Shown here: one piece after another, positions 1 through 7,666 of the stretch
How the letters are laid out: every line of letters starts with the position of its first letter
Position numbering within the stretch: position 1 is the first letter of the stretch
Assembly (NCBI GenBank): GCA_963832795.1
Contig: CAWHVJ010000008.1
Span: 28,997-52,996 of the forward strand
Origin: an uncultured bacterium
GTDB lineage: Bacteria; Chloroflexota; Dehalococcoidia; Tepidiformales; Tepidiformaceae
Length of the DNA stretch: 24,000 bases
Direction of reading: 5' to 3'
Notes under the pieces: model-generated
What the model saw: the letters and a program-made list of their open reading frames with translations, nothing else
The model's database searches: none
What the model was told of the DNA's origin: nothing
Program-made: the position numbers and the translations under genes

Positions 1-1095
1 TGGGGACTCCACGACGAGATGGTGCCAACGGCATACCCCGCGTCGTTCCGCGGGGAGGTAGTGCGGCGGTTCGGGAAGCACCCGTTGAGCTTCGATACGC
101 TCGAGCCGCAGTCGCCGCGCGACAAGCTGCGCATGGCGCGAGATATGGCGAAGGGCGTGGCGATGCGGGCAAAGCTCATCGAGACGCTCGCGGCGGAGGG
201 CGGGTGGGATCTCTTCGTGGTCACGTTCGGGGAGCTCCACAAGGCCGGGCACTACCTTGCGGGGCCTCAGCAGCTCGACGCGACAACCTCCAACGACGAC
301 GCGCTCGCACGGATCCTTCGCGAGCTGGACGCGGCCTGGCCGCGGATCGAGGCGGCCGCGGGGCCGCAGACCGACCTCGTTCTATTCGCCCTCCACGGGA
401 TGGCCCACCAGGTTGAGTACAGCGCCTTCGGGCCGCAGCTGATCCACCTCGTGCTTGGTGAGGAACCGGTGGATGAGGCGGCGCATCCAGACCTGCTGCG
501 GAGGTTACGCGAGGTCGTTCCGGATTCGGTGCATCGCGCTATCTGGAAACGGCTTCCCGCGCGCCTGCGCGCCGCGCGGCAGGCCACGCTGTCGGCGGGT
601 TCGATCGACACGGTTGCGAGCGGCCTCTTTCGGGTGACGCATGATGGCGCGGCGGCGGCGCGGGTGAACCTCGCTGGCCGCGAACGCGACGGCTTCGTGG
701 GACCTGCGGAGTACGAGAAGCTTCTTGGCGATCTCGCTCAACTGGCGCTCGGATCGGTGGCTGAGGATGGCCAGAAGGCGTTTGTCGAGCCCTGGCGCCA
801 GGGTTTGATGCGGGGGCCGCGTTCGCACCGCCTGCCGGACGCGCTGTTGCTGCCCAACCCCGATGTCGTGCGGACGGCCACGCTCCGTCTCGCCGACGGG
901 CGACTCCTGTCGTCCACACGCGAAGAGGCCCGCAACGGCGTACACACCGGCCAGGGGTTCTGCTTCGTGCGGCCGGCGGGCGAAGCCCGGGCGTGCGCGG
1001 ACACGGTCAACGTCCGCGACTTCGCCCCGACAGTGCTTGGGCGGTTGGGCGTGCCGGTGCCTCCCCGGCTGCAGGGCGTGCCGTTCTTGCGATGA
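1..1095 (+). CDS. Alkaline-phosphatase-superfamily protein (nucleotide pyrophosphatase/phosphodiesterase-like), 5' end outside window
   Basis: Frame 1 is open from base 1 (WGLHDEM...), so ATG 19 is probably internal. Blocks FVVTFGELHKAGH, LFALHGM, NGVHTGQG and VRDFAPTVLGRLGV fit the AlkP/NPP metalloenzyme family by eye. Stop TGA 1093-1095 overlaps the next start (ATGA). Confidence 0.65.
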   Translation, partial: WGLHDEMVPTAYPASFRGEVVRRFGKHPLSFDTLEPQSPRDKLRMARDMAKGVAMRAKLIETLAAEGGWDLFVVTFGELHKAGHYLAGPQQLDATTSNDDALARILRELDAAWPRIEAAAGPQTDLVLFALHGMAHQVEYSAFGPQLIHLVLGEEPVDEAAHPDLLRRLREVVPDSVHRAIWKRLPARLRAARQATLSAGSIDTVASGLFRVTHDGAAAARVNLAGRERDGFVGPAEYEKLLGDLAQLALGSVAEDGQKAFVEPWRQGLMRGPRSHRLPDALLLPNPDVVRTATLRLADGRLLSSTREEARNGVHTGQGFCFVRPAGEARACADTVNVRDFAPTVLGRLGVPVPPRLQGVPFLR

Positions 1096-1931
1096 AGGCG
1101 CGGCGTCTGGGCGTCATCGGCTGCGGCGCCGCGTTCGAACGGCTTTACGCGCCTGCGCTCAAGCGAGTGGATGCATTCAGCGTCTGCGGCGCGGCCGATC
1201 CGGTGGCGGTCCCGGGCGGGATCGCGCGGTTTGGGAGCGCGGAGGATCTCGTCGCGAACGCCGGCGTCGACTGCCTGCTCGTTCTCAGCCCTCCGGCTCT
1301 CCACGAAGCCCACGTCGCACTGGCGCTCAGAGCCGGCCTGCCGGTGCTCGTGGAGAAGCCGCCTGCGCTCGAGCCTGGAGCGTGCTTGGGATGGAACGAG
1401 CTGGTGACGCCGGCCTTCCCGCGGCGTTACTGGCCGCGCTATGAACGGCGTCGGGACGTGCGTGAGTGGCGCTTCGTGCTTGAGACCGACCCTCGTACGT
1501 GGGGTGCGCGACACCAGGCGGGGGCGCTGACGGATCTCCTGCCGCACGCGGTGGATCTCGCCCGGTGGTTGTCAGGGAGCGACATAACGACAACGATGGT
1601 AGCCACGGCCCTTCCTCGCGGTGCCCGCGGGGAGTTCGGCCTGGAGAGCGGCGCGACGTTTGCCTGGGAAGTACGCCACGGCGGAGGGTACGCAGAGCAG
1701 CTCGAGGCGGACGGCCGGGCTGTGCGGGCGCCGGCAGGGATCGCGACGCGGTTGGCCCGACGGCTCGGACGGAGCCCGACCGAGGACGTGGCGGCCGTGA
1801 TGGCGATGCTTTCGGACTGGAACAAGCGCCTCGCCGGCGGCGAGGCTCCGCGACTGGCGACGGCGCGCGACGCAGTCCGCTGCGTCGAAGTGCTGGCATC
1901 GGTTGGCGACCTTCTCGCTGGCGGTCGATGA
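1092..1931 (+). CDS. Gfo/Idh/MocA family NAD(P)-dependent oxidoreductase
   Basis: MKARRLGVIGCGAAFERLYAPAL is a Rossmann-type N-terminus, followed by CLLVLSPPALHEAHVALALRAGLPVLVEKP, the typical family block. Start placed at ATG 1092 (ATGA overlap with the upstream stop) rather than the track start 993, whose extra residues are Arg/Gly/Ala-rich read-through. Confidence 0.7.
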   Translation: MKARRLGVIGCGAAFERLYAPALKRVDAFSVCGAADPVAVPGGIARFGSAEDLVANAGVDCLLVLSPPALHEAHVALALRAGLPVLVEKPPALEPGACLGWNELVTPAFPRRYWPRYERRRDVREWRFVLETDPRTWGARHQAGALTDLLPHAVDLARWLSGSDITTTMVATALPRGARGEFGLESGATFAWEVRHGGGYAEQLEADGRAVRAPAGIATRLARRLGRSPTEDVAAVMAMLSDWNKRLAGGEAPRLATARDAVRCVEVLASVGDLLAGGR

Positions 1932-2917
1932 CGATGCACCGTGCCGGCGACGAGGCGGTGCCTGCGGGCGTTTCGGTCGTCATCCCGGTGAAGGACGACG
2001 AACGCGTGCTCCGCTGCGTGGCGTCGGTGCTCGGCTGTGAGCCCGCGAGCGCAGACGAGATCATCGTGGTCGACAACGGCTGCAGCCCGGCCTTCCAGGG
2101 ATGGCTGACGGGCAACCTGCCGCCGCAGGTGCGCCGCGTTAGCCTGGCCGACGCCGGGGTCTACGCTGCCCGCAACGCCGGGATCGAGTGCGCCAGTGGT
2201 GGCATGGTGCTCTTCACCGACGCCGACTGCGTCGTGGAGCCGGGGTGGATCGTGGCCGCGACCGCGATGCTCGAGAGGGGAGCGGACATCGTGCAGGGTT
2301 ACTCGGGAACGGTCCGCAGCGACCGCATTTCCTGCCTGCTGCAGTCCCGCTACGACAAGCATCTCCGGCGCGTGGCCGCCGGCCAACCGACCGAATGCGA
2401 CACGCGCAACCTGGCTGTTCGCCGCTCCGTCTTCGAGGCGGTCCGCTTCAACGCCCGGTATCGTCGCGTCGGCGATACGGAGTTCGGACTAGTCGCAGAA
2501 TCGCTGGGGCTGCGGGTGGCCTACGCCCCGGAGATGCGCGTCGAGCACGAGCACGCGCGGGACCTGCGGCTCTTCGTCGCCAAGCAATACTGCCACGGTT
2601 GGGGCGCACAGCGGCTGATGCAGAACCACCCGGAGGTGCGGTGGCACGGGGGCCACCTCTACGCGGTGTCGCACGTTTCGCGGGCAGTCCAGCGTCTGGG
2701 GACGCTGAGGCCCGTGCAGTCGGTGCTGCGGCTAACCGCCCTGACGGGGGCGACTGTCCTGCAGCGAACGGCAGATCGCTTGCCCTGGCCGGTCGCGTAC
2801 GGCGCTCTCACCGCGCTCGACAAGCTTGCGGCGCTCGCGGGCCACCTGTCGTATGCACCAGGCGGCGCTGAGCCGTCGCCGTCAACGGTGCTGGGGAGGC
2901 AATTGGCCCGCGACTGA
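1928..2917 (+). CDS. Glycosyltransferase family 2 (GT-A fold)
   Basis: VSVVIPVKDDERVL, IIVVDNGCSP and VLFTDADCVV (DxD-like) are GT2 signatures. ATG 1928 overlaps the upstream stop 1929-1931 (ATGA). The track ORF from 1499 is out-of-context read-through across the previous gene. Confidence 0.8.
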   Translation: MTMHRAGDEAVPAGVSVVIPVKDDERVLRCVASVLGCEPASADEIIVVDNGCSPAFQGWLTGNLPPQVRRVSLADAGVYAARNAGIECASGGMVLFTDADCVVEPGWIVAATAMLERGADIVQGYSGTVRSDRISCLLQSRYDKHLRRVAAGQPTECDTRNLAVRRSVFEAVRFNARYRRVGDTEFGLVAESLGLRVAYAPEMRVEHEHARDLRLFVAKQYCHGWGAQRLMQNHPEVRWHGGHLYAVSHVSRAVQRLGTLRPVQSVLRLTALTGATVLQRTADRLPWPVAYGALTALDKLAALAGHLSYAPGGAEPSPSTVLGRQLARD

Positions 2918-2980
2918 CCGTCTCATGCGCAACCCGCCAGCGCGCGTCGTAGGAGGCCCGCCGGAGCGGCTACCCTGCCG

Positions 2981-3735
2981 CTATCCCGCCTGGCGCGCGA
3001 CGGCTTCGGCGGCGGCCTTCGCGGCGGCTTCGTCTCCCAGGTACCGCGAGGAGACCCTGCGCAGGTCCGCGTCCAGCTCGTAGAGGAGGGGAATGCCGGT
3101 GGGGATGTTGAGCTCGGCGATGTCGTCGTCGCTGATCACGTCGAGGTGCTTCACGAGGGCGCGCAGGCTGTTGCCATGTGCTCCGACGAGCACATCGCCG
3201 CCCCGCTCGAAGGTCGGGGACGATGGCGTCGTACCAGTACGGCAGCGCGCGGGCAACGACGTCCTTCAGGCACTCGGTGGCCGGCAAGAGCTCGGGCGGG
3301 AGGCCCGCATAGCGGGCGTCATGGTGTGGATGGCGCTCGTCGTCCCATCCGAGTGCCGGGGGCGGCGTGTCGTAGCTGCGGCGCCACGCGAAGACCTGCT
3401 CGGGGCCGAACTTCTGTGACGTCTCCAGCTTGTTCAGCCCCTGGAGCGCGCCGTAATGGCGTTCGTTCAGCCGCCATGAGCGGCGCACCGGGAGCCAGCC
3501 CAGGCCAATCTCGTCGAGCGCGATGTTGACGGTCTGGATGGCGCGCCGGAGCAGCGACGTATGGACGACGTCGATGCGGCCCGCCTCGCGGCCGAGCGCT
3601 TGCCCGGCGGCGTGCGCTTCTTCAACGCCCGCGCTCAGAGAGGGGCACATCGTGCCAGCCGGTGAAGCGGTTTTCCTGGTTCCAGGTGCTCTCGCCGTGC
3701 CGAAGGAGGATCAGCGTGTACGTGCTCTCACCCAC
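2981..3735 (-). pseudogene. gpmA: 2,3-bisphosphoglycerate-dependent phosphoglycerate mutase, interrupted by two +1 frame breaks as sequenced
   Basis: Three minus-strand frame segments join into a complete GpmA. Segment 1: GTG 3735 ..[33 protein letters not shown]. Segment 2: [47 protein letters not shown]. Segment 3: [33 protein letters not shown].., ending at stop TAG 2981-2983. The breaks lie near 3628 (GGG run in sense) and near 3202 (GGGG run), each one extra base. 755 nt minus 2 gives 251 codons. Confidence 0.85.
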
Positions 3736-3761
3736 GTTCGCATTACACCGCTTTCAGCGAA

Positions 3762-3800
3762 AACGGGCCACCTGCGCGCCGCCGCGGCGGGGGCGGCCGT
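3762..3800 (-). terminator. Possible intrinsic terminator after the ClpX-ZnF/HTH gene
   Basis: An imperfect GC-rich stem-loop (GGCCGCC...GGTGGCC on the minus strand) lies just after stop 3803 and is followed by CGTTTTCG. The stem has mismatches and the T tract is only 4 nt. Confidence 0.25.
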
Positions 3801-3802
3801 TA

Positions 3803-4166
3803 CTACTCCTCGCCGGAGAAGCGCTCCCAGGCGGCCTGGCGGCTGATTCCGAGGGCTTCGCCGATGCGGCTCCAGGGGACGTTGCGCGAGCGGAGTTCGC
3901 GAACCTGTGCGGCTCACGCCGCGTTCGGAGGCGTGGAGGGCTTCGGCGACGGGGCGCAGGGAGGCGAGGAGTGCGTCGTCGGACATGCCGGCGAGGTCGG
4001 CGAACGGTTTGGCGGGTTCGTCGGCGAGGATGGCGTTGCAGAGGGCGACGCAGCCGTCGCAGATGTAGACGCCAGGCCCGGCGATGAGCTTTTCGACGTT
4101 GGAGGCTGGTTTGAGGCAGAAGGAGCAGTAGAGGGCGGTTTGGGTGGCAGCGGCGGCGGTGGCCAT
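3803..4166 (-). CDS. Small ClpX-type C4 zinc-ribbon protein with C-terminal helix-turn-helix (one +1 frame break as sequenced)
   Basis: N-terminus [36 protein letters not shown] matches the ClpX N-terminal zinc-binding domain pattern (CxxC..CxxC). After about 3910 the frame with G/C third positions moves +1 and reads [34 protein letters not shown], with stop TAG 3803-3805. The as-sequenced ORF 3711-4166 continues instead as Arg/Pro-rich text. GGAG lies 9 nt upstream of ATG 4166. 364 nt minus 1 gives 121 codons. Confidence 0.7.
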
Positions 4167-4196
4167 GTGCGCGACTCCGGTTTGAGATGGGCGTCA

Positions 4197-4225
4197 GGTT
4201 AAGCTTGACGCGGAGGAGGTGTCAA
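4197..4225 (-). promoter_or_regulatory. Candidate sigma-70-type promoter of the ClpX-ZnF/HTH gene
   Basis: The minus strand reads TTGACA (4225-4220), a 17-nt spacer, then TTAACC (4202-4197), about 30 nt upstream of ATG 4166. The -35 is perfect and the -10 is weak. Confidence 0.4.
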
Positions 4226-4238
4226 GCAGCGCCTTGAC
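4204..4238. promoter_or_regulatory. Three CTTGAC/GTCAAG hexamers (operator-like)
   Basis: CTTGAC 4204-4209, GTCAAG 4221-4226 and CTTGAC 4233-4238. The segment 4221-4238 is the perfect palindrome GTCAAG-N6-CTTGAC and overlaps the candidate -35. Confidence 0.35.
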
Positions 4239-4372
4239 AGTCGTCGGCGCGATGTTGAGCGTCTACGGCCGGGCGTCGTACCCGCTCACTTCGCTGCGCT
4301 GCGTTCGGGGCTCGGGTTCGTTGGGTGAGGGCCGTGGCGGTTGTGGGGTGGCGTGTGGCTGGTTCGAGCGCC

Positions 4373-4392
4373 CGCGCCCACAGTGGGGCGCG
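4373..4392 (-). terminator. GC-rich hairpin immediately after the O-methyltransferase stop (no U tract)
   Basis: CGCGCCC (4373-4379) pairs with GGGCGCG (4386-4392) around a 6-nt loop, 1 nt from the corrected stop 4394-4396. No T run follows on the minus strand, so this is at most an I-shaped terminator. Confidence 0.3.
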
Positions 4393-4393
4393 A

Positions 4394-5375
4394 CTACCGG
4401 CGTTGGAATTCGGCGATGCCGCGGCCGCTGCGGTTGGCGGCCGGCGTTGGTGAGGCGGAGGCCGGCTTCGTTGGCGAGGGCTTCGAGCTCGGAGAGCGTG
4501 CGGCCCTTGCCGCCAACGAGAACGAGCATGAGGAGTTCGGGAGAAGCGGGTTCGTCGTCGACGGGGCCGCCGACCACGACGAGGCGGCCGTTCGCGGGCA
4601 GCGCTTCGGCGCAGCGGTGGAGGATGCTGCGTGCTTCGGGATCCGGCCAGTCGCCGAGAACGCTCTTGAGCAGGTAGAGCTCGGCGCCTGCCGGCAGCGG
4701 GTCGAAGAAGCTCTGCGGGACGAGCTGGACACGGTCGGCGACACCGGCCGCCTCGAGCACCGGAGGGGCGTTGGCGATGACGCGCGGGACATCGACGAGG
4801 ATGCCGCGCAGGGCGCGGCGTGGGCGCAGGACCTCGGCGAGGAGGGAGCCTGTGCCGCCGCCGACATCGACCACGGTGGTGATGCCGTCCCAGTCGTTGT
4901 TGAGGAGGACCTGGCCGTCGGGAGTGCCGTGGCCGGGGCCCATAAGCGCGTCGAACGTTTCGGCGACGCCGGGGTTGGCCTCGAGGTCTTCCCAGAATGG
5001 GGCGCCGAACACTTCGTGGTAGGCGGGCCGGCCCGTCTGGACGGCCTTCAGGAGGCTCGCCCACGCGCCGGCCATGCGTCCGCCGATGCCATCGAGGCCG
5101 AGGCCGATACGGGCCCCCGGGTCCAGCAGCGGGCGGGCGGCGTCGTTCAGGGCGAAGTGTCTTGGCGAGGGCTCTTCGAAGATGCCTTTGCTCGCCAGGT
5201 GCCGCAGGACACGCTCAAGCGCGTCGGGGTCGCAGGCTACCTCAGCGGCGACCTCGTCGATGCTCCGTGGGCCGGTAGCGAGCGCCTCGGCGACGCCGAG
5301 CGTTGCCACGACGCGGATGGCCCAGGGTGTCTCGAGGTCCGTCAGTGCCCAGAAGTCGACCGTCTCGTGCGCCAT
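4394..5375 (-). CDS. Class I SAM-dependent O-methyltransferase (COMT/family-2 type), one +1 frame break near the 3' end as sequenced
   Basis: MAHETVDFWALTDLETPWAIRVVATLGVAEAL is the N-terminal dimerisation/wHTH part, VVDVGGGTGSLLAEVL is SAM motif I, and LLKSVLGDWPD is also present. Near 4430 the frame moves +1: ..LRLTNAGRQP then SGRGIAEFQRR, with stop TAG 4394-4396. The as-sequenced ORF runs on to 4263 with a Pro/Arg-rich tail. ATG 5375 is preferred to GTG 5441, which would overlap the upstream gene by 55 nt. Confidence 0.8.
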
Positions 5376-5386
5376 GTGGGCGGAGT

Positions 5387-6115
5387 CTATGCCCGGCGCG
5401 ACGGCTCGACCACGCGGTCCTCGGTGTCGGTCGCGGCCCACATCCCGGCGGCTCCGCCGGCCAGGAACGACCCCATCGCGATCAGCCAGGCGATCTCCGG
5501 GTAGGCCACCCAGCGCTCGATGCCGCCGTCACCCAGCCGATCGAAGATCGGCGTGACATCGCCGAGGAGGGCGAGGAACAGGCTGCCCAGCGTCACCACG
5601 CCGAGACCGATCGAGGCCCAGCGGAACATGCCGGAGATGACCGACCCGGCGAGGATCGCGGCCACGCCGCCCGATCCGAACGTGAGCAGCGCGAAGAGGC
5701 CGTGCATGGGTGCGCGGTTTCCGGGGAAGACGCCGACTCCGAAGGCTCCGATCCCCATCAAGCCCACCGAGATCCAGAGGCGCCGGGGCGTCCGAGAGCG
5801 GCGCACAAGGTACGCGGCGGCCATGATCGTCGCCCCTGACACCAGCATCGTCGCGTTGAAGATGTGGGCGGAAGGCTGGCGGATGACGCTATCGGGCGGC
5901 TTCGTGGCGCCGAGGTCGCTGATCTCGTTGTCGTGGGTCGTGTACGTGTCCGGGTATACGGCCTCCGCCGTGATGATGCCCATGAGGATCACGAAGCCCG
6001 CGAGCAGCAGGAGCATCCCCGCCAGGGTCCGCGCGCCTGCGTGTTCGACGGCGAATTCGCGAGCGCGCACAGTGTCCGTTCTCGCCGTTGGGCCGCGATA
6101 CGCTGCAGATGCCAT
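5387..6115 (-). CDS. Multi-pass membrane protein, DUF998-like
   Basis: There are several long hydrophobic segments (LAGMLLLLAGFVILMGIITA, LWISVGLMGIGAFGVGVF, GLFALLTFGSGGVAAILAG, GLGVVTLGSLFLALLG) and an ISDLG motif recalled from DUF998. GGAGG lies 6 nt upstream of ATG 6115. Confidence 0.55.
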   Translation of the reverse strand: MASAAYRGPTARTDTVRAREFAVEHAGARTLAGMLLLLAGFVILMGIITAEAVYPDTYTTHDNEISDLGATKPPDSVIRQPSAHIFNATMLVSGATIMAAAYLVRRSRTPRRLWISVGLMGIGAFGVGVFPGNRAPMHGLFALLTFGSGGVAAILAGSVISGMFRWASIGLGVVTLGSLFLALLGDVTPIFDRLGDGGIERWVAYPEIAWLIAMGSFLAGGAAGMWAATDTEDRVVEPSRRA

Positions 6116-6217
6116 GGTGAACCTCCAGCCGCTCGAGGCTCACGCTAGTCCGTTCCGTGAGTGCGGCGCAGCGGCCACGCGGACCGTTCGTATGCTCTAA
6201 CGGTCCGTTCTTGGGTC

Positions 6218-6424
6218 CTACCAGACGCCGGCGGCCTTGCTCTCGGTATCGGCCGGAGCGGTCGTCGCCGGCGCTTTCGGGCGCTTGAACACGTAGAGGA
6301 GTTGCATCGTCTGCGCGCCCTGCAGCACCGAGACCATCTCCCAGCCCTCGGCCCCCAACGCGTCGAGCGCGTCCTTCTTCGCCGGCCCGTCGCTCAACAT
6401 CGAGCAGTATTCCCACGTCGTCAT
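6218..6424 (-). CDS. DUF4177-like small protein
   Basis: MTTWEYCSML..ALGAEGWEMVSVL..LLYVFKRP matches the WEY...GWE...FKR pattern of DUF4177. Third-position G/C bias is good. 68 aa. Confidence 0.55.
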   Translation of the reverse strand: MTTWEYCSMLSDGPAKKDALDALGAEGWEMVSVLQGAQTMQLLYVFKRPKAPATTAPADTESKAAGVW

Positions 6425-6515
6425 CGAGTCACCCCATCCAACCCGGATTCGTATCCCAGTAACGCACGGCCGAAGGCCATCGATCCAGTGGTACGCGGGT
6501 CACCCCTGGCGGCGC

Positions 6516-7499
6516 TTACTGGCTGGCGGCTGCGTCGCGTTTACGGACGGCGAGCGCGCTGATGACTTCGCAGCAGACGCGGTGGGCGACTTCGGCGGTG
6601 ATGCCGGCAGGATCGTAGGGCGGCGAGACCTCGACGACGTCGAGGCCGGCGAGCGGCACCTTGAGCGCGATCTCGCGGACGGCGCGAAGCAGCTCGCGAG
6701 CAGAGAGCCCGCCCGGCTCGGGTGTGCCGGTGCCGGGAGCGAACGCGGGATCGAGGACGTCGATGTCGACGGAGAGGTAAATCATGTCCGGGCCGTCGAG
6801 CGCCTGTTCGATGGCGTCCTGGAGGACGGCGTCAAAGCCACGCTCTTCGATCTCGGACATGAAGTGGCTGCGAAGGCCGTTCTCCCGCATCCATTCGATG
6901 ACGGGTGGCGGCGGCCAGTAGCCTCGCAGGCCGACCTGGACGAAGTTCCGCCCGGCGACGTGACCGGCTTCGATGAGGCGCCGCATCGGGGTGCCGTGGC
7001 TGAGCGAGACGCCCCAGGACTCGTCGGCGGTATCGGCATGCGCGTCGAAGTGGACGATGCCGACCTTGCGGTCGTGGTGGTCGGCGACGGTGCCGGCGGA
7101 GGGGTAGGTGATTGAGTGGTCGCCGCCGAGGACGAGCGGCACGCACGCCGGGGCGGCCGCGAGCACCTCGGACATCTTCGCGCGGATGCCGTCGTGGCCG
7201 CGCTGGATGTCGCCCGGGACGCAGTAGGCGTCGCCGGCATCGATGCCCGTGATGTAGTCGAAGGGCTCGATGCGGAAGCCGAGGTGATGGAAAGAATCGA
7301 TAGTCAGGTAGCTGGCAGCCCGTATGGCGCGCGGGCCGAAGCGCGCGCCGGGGCGGTGGGTGACCGCGACGTCGAATGGCGCGCCGACGACGGCGATGTC
7401 GGGCTTCGCCTCTGCGATGGCGGCGGGCTGCCACACCCACGGGAGATGGAGGAAGGTCGAAATATCGGAATACGCAGGGTGCCCGCGGGGATGCGACAT
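6516..7499 (-). CDS. speB: Agmatinase-type ureohydrolase (arginase family)
   Basis: Manganese-ligand blocks are present: LVLGGDHSITYP, VHFDAHADT and YLSVDIDVLDPAFAPGTGTPEPGG. Start ATG 7499 is preferred (MSHPRG..); the alternative GTG 7517 adds 6 residues. There is no SD, and a TACCCT hexamer lies 9 nt upstream of ATG 7499. Confidence 0.8.
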   Translation of the reverse strand: MSHPRGHPAYSDISTFLHLPWVWQPAAIAEAKPDIAVVGAPFDVAVTHRPGARFGPRAIRAASYLTIDSFHHLGFRIEPFDYITGIDAGDAYCVPGDIQRGHDGIRAKMSEVLAAAPACVPLVLGGDHSITYPSAGTVADHHDRKVGIVHFDAHADTADESWGVSLSHGTPMRRLIEAGHVAGRNFVQVGLRGYWPPPPVIEWMRENGLRSHFMSEIEERGFDAVLQDAIEQALDGPDMIYLSVDIDVLDPAFAPGTGTPEPGGLSARELLRAVREIALKVPLAGLDVVEVSPPYDPAGITAEVAHRVCCEVISALAVRKRDAAASQ

Positions 7500-7635
7500 G
7501 GCGCGCAAAGGGTACACCGCGCGAGGCCGAACGGGTGCGCGCGGCGCTCCGGAATGGCAGGAAAGCGGCTCGTTAAAGGCTGATTGCGAAGCGCGAAATT
7601 CGGGGATTTCCCTTCCGAATGGGGGTACTCAAGGG

Positions 7636-7666
7636 TTGCCTTAGTCGCAAACGACGATGGTATAGT
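7636..7666 (+). promoter_or_regulatory. Candidate extended -10 promoter for the 7764 gene
   Basis: TTGCCT (7636-7641), a 19-nt spacer, then TGG-TATAGT (7658-7666), which is the TGn extended -10 form. About 95 nt upstream of TTG 7764. Confidence 0.4.

Noticed and set aside
993-2917. Longer N-terminal extensions of the oxidoreductase (from 993) and the GT2 gene (from 1499) as listed in the ORF track.
   Set aside because: The extensions overlap the preceding genes and read as Arg/Gly/Pro-rich sequence. The family N-termini start at the ATGA-coupled ATGs 1092 and 1928.
2965-2982. Hairpin AGCGGC-taccct-GCCGCT between the convergent GT2 and gpmA genes as a terminator.
   Set aside because: The stem is only 6 bp, it overlaps the gpmA stop codon, and no T/U tract follows on either strand.
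3736-3760. Leaderless promoter for gpmA (TGTAAT 6 nt before GTG 3735).
   Set aside because: The hexamer lacks the conserved A at position 2 (TGTAAT), and no -35 is evident. It is too weak to list alongside the TAC(C/T)CT cases.
4361-4368. GGTTCGAG, a tRNA T-loop-like string in the 4167-4393 intergenic region.
   Set aside because: The flanking bases do not form a T stem (GGCTG versus CGCCC). No acceptor or anticodon arms can be drawn on either strand.
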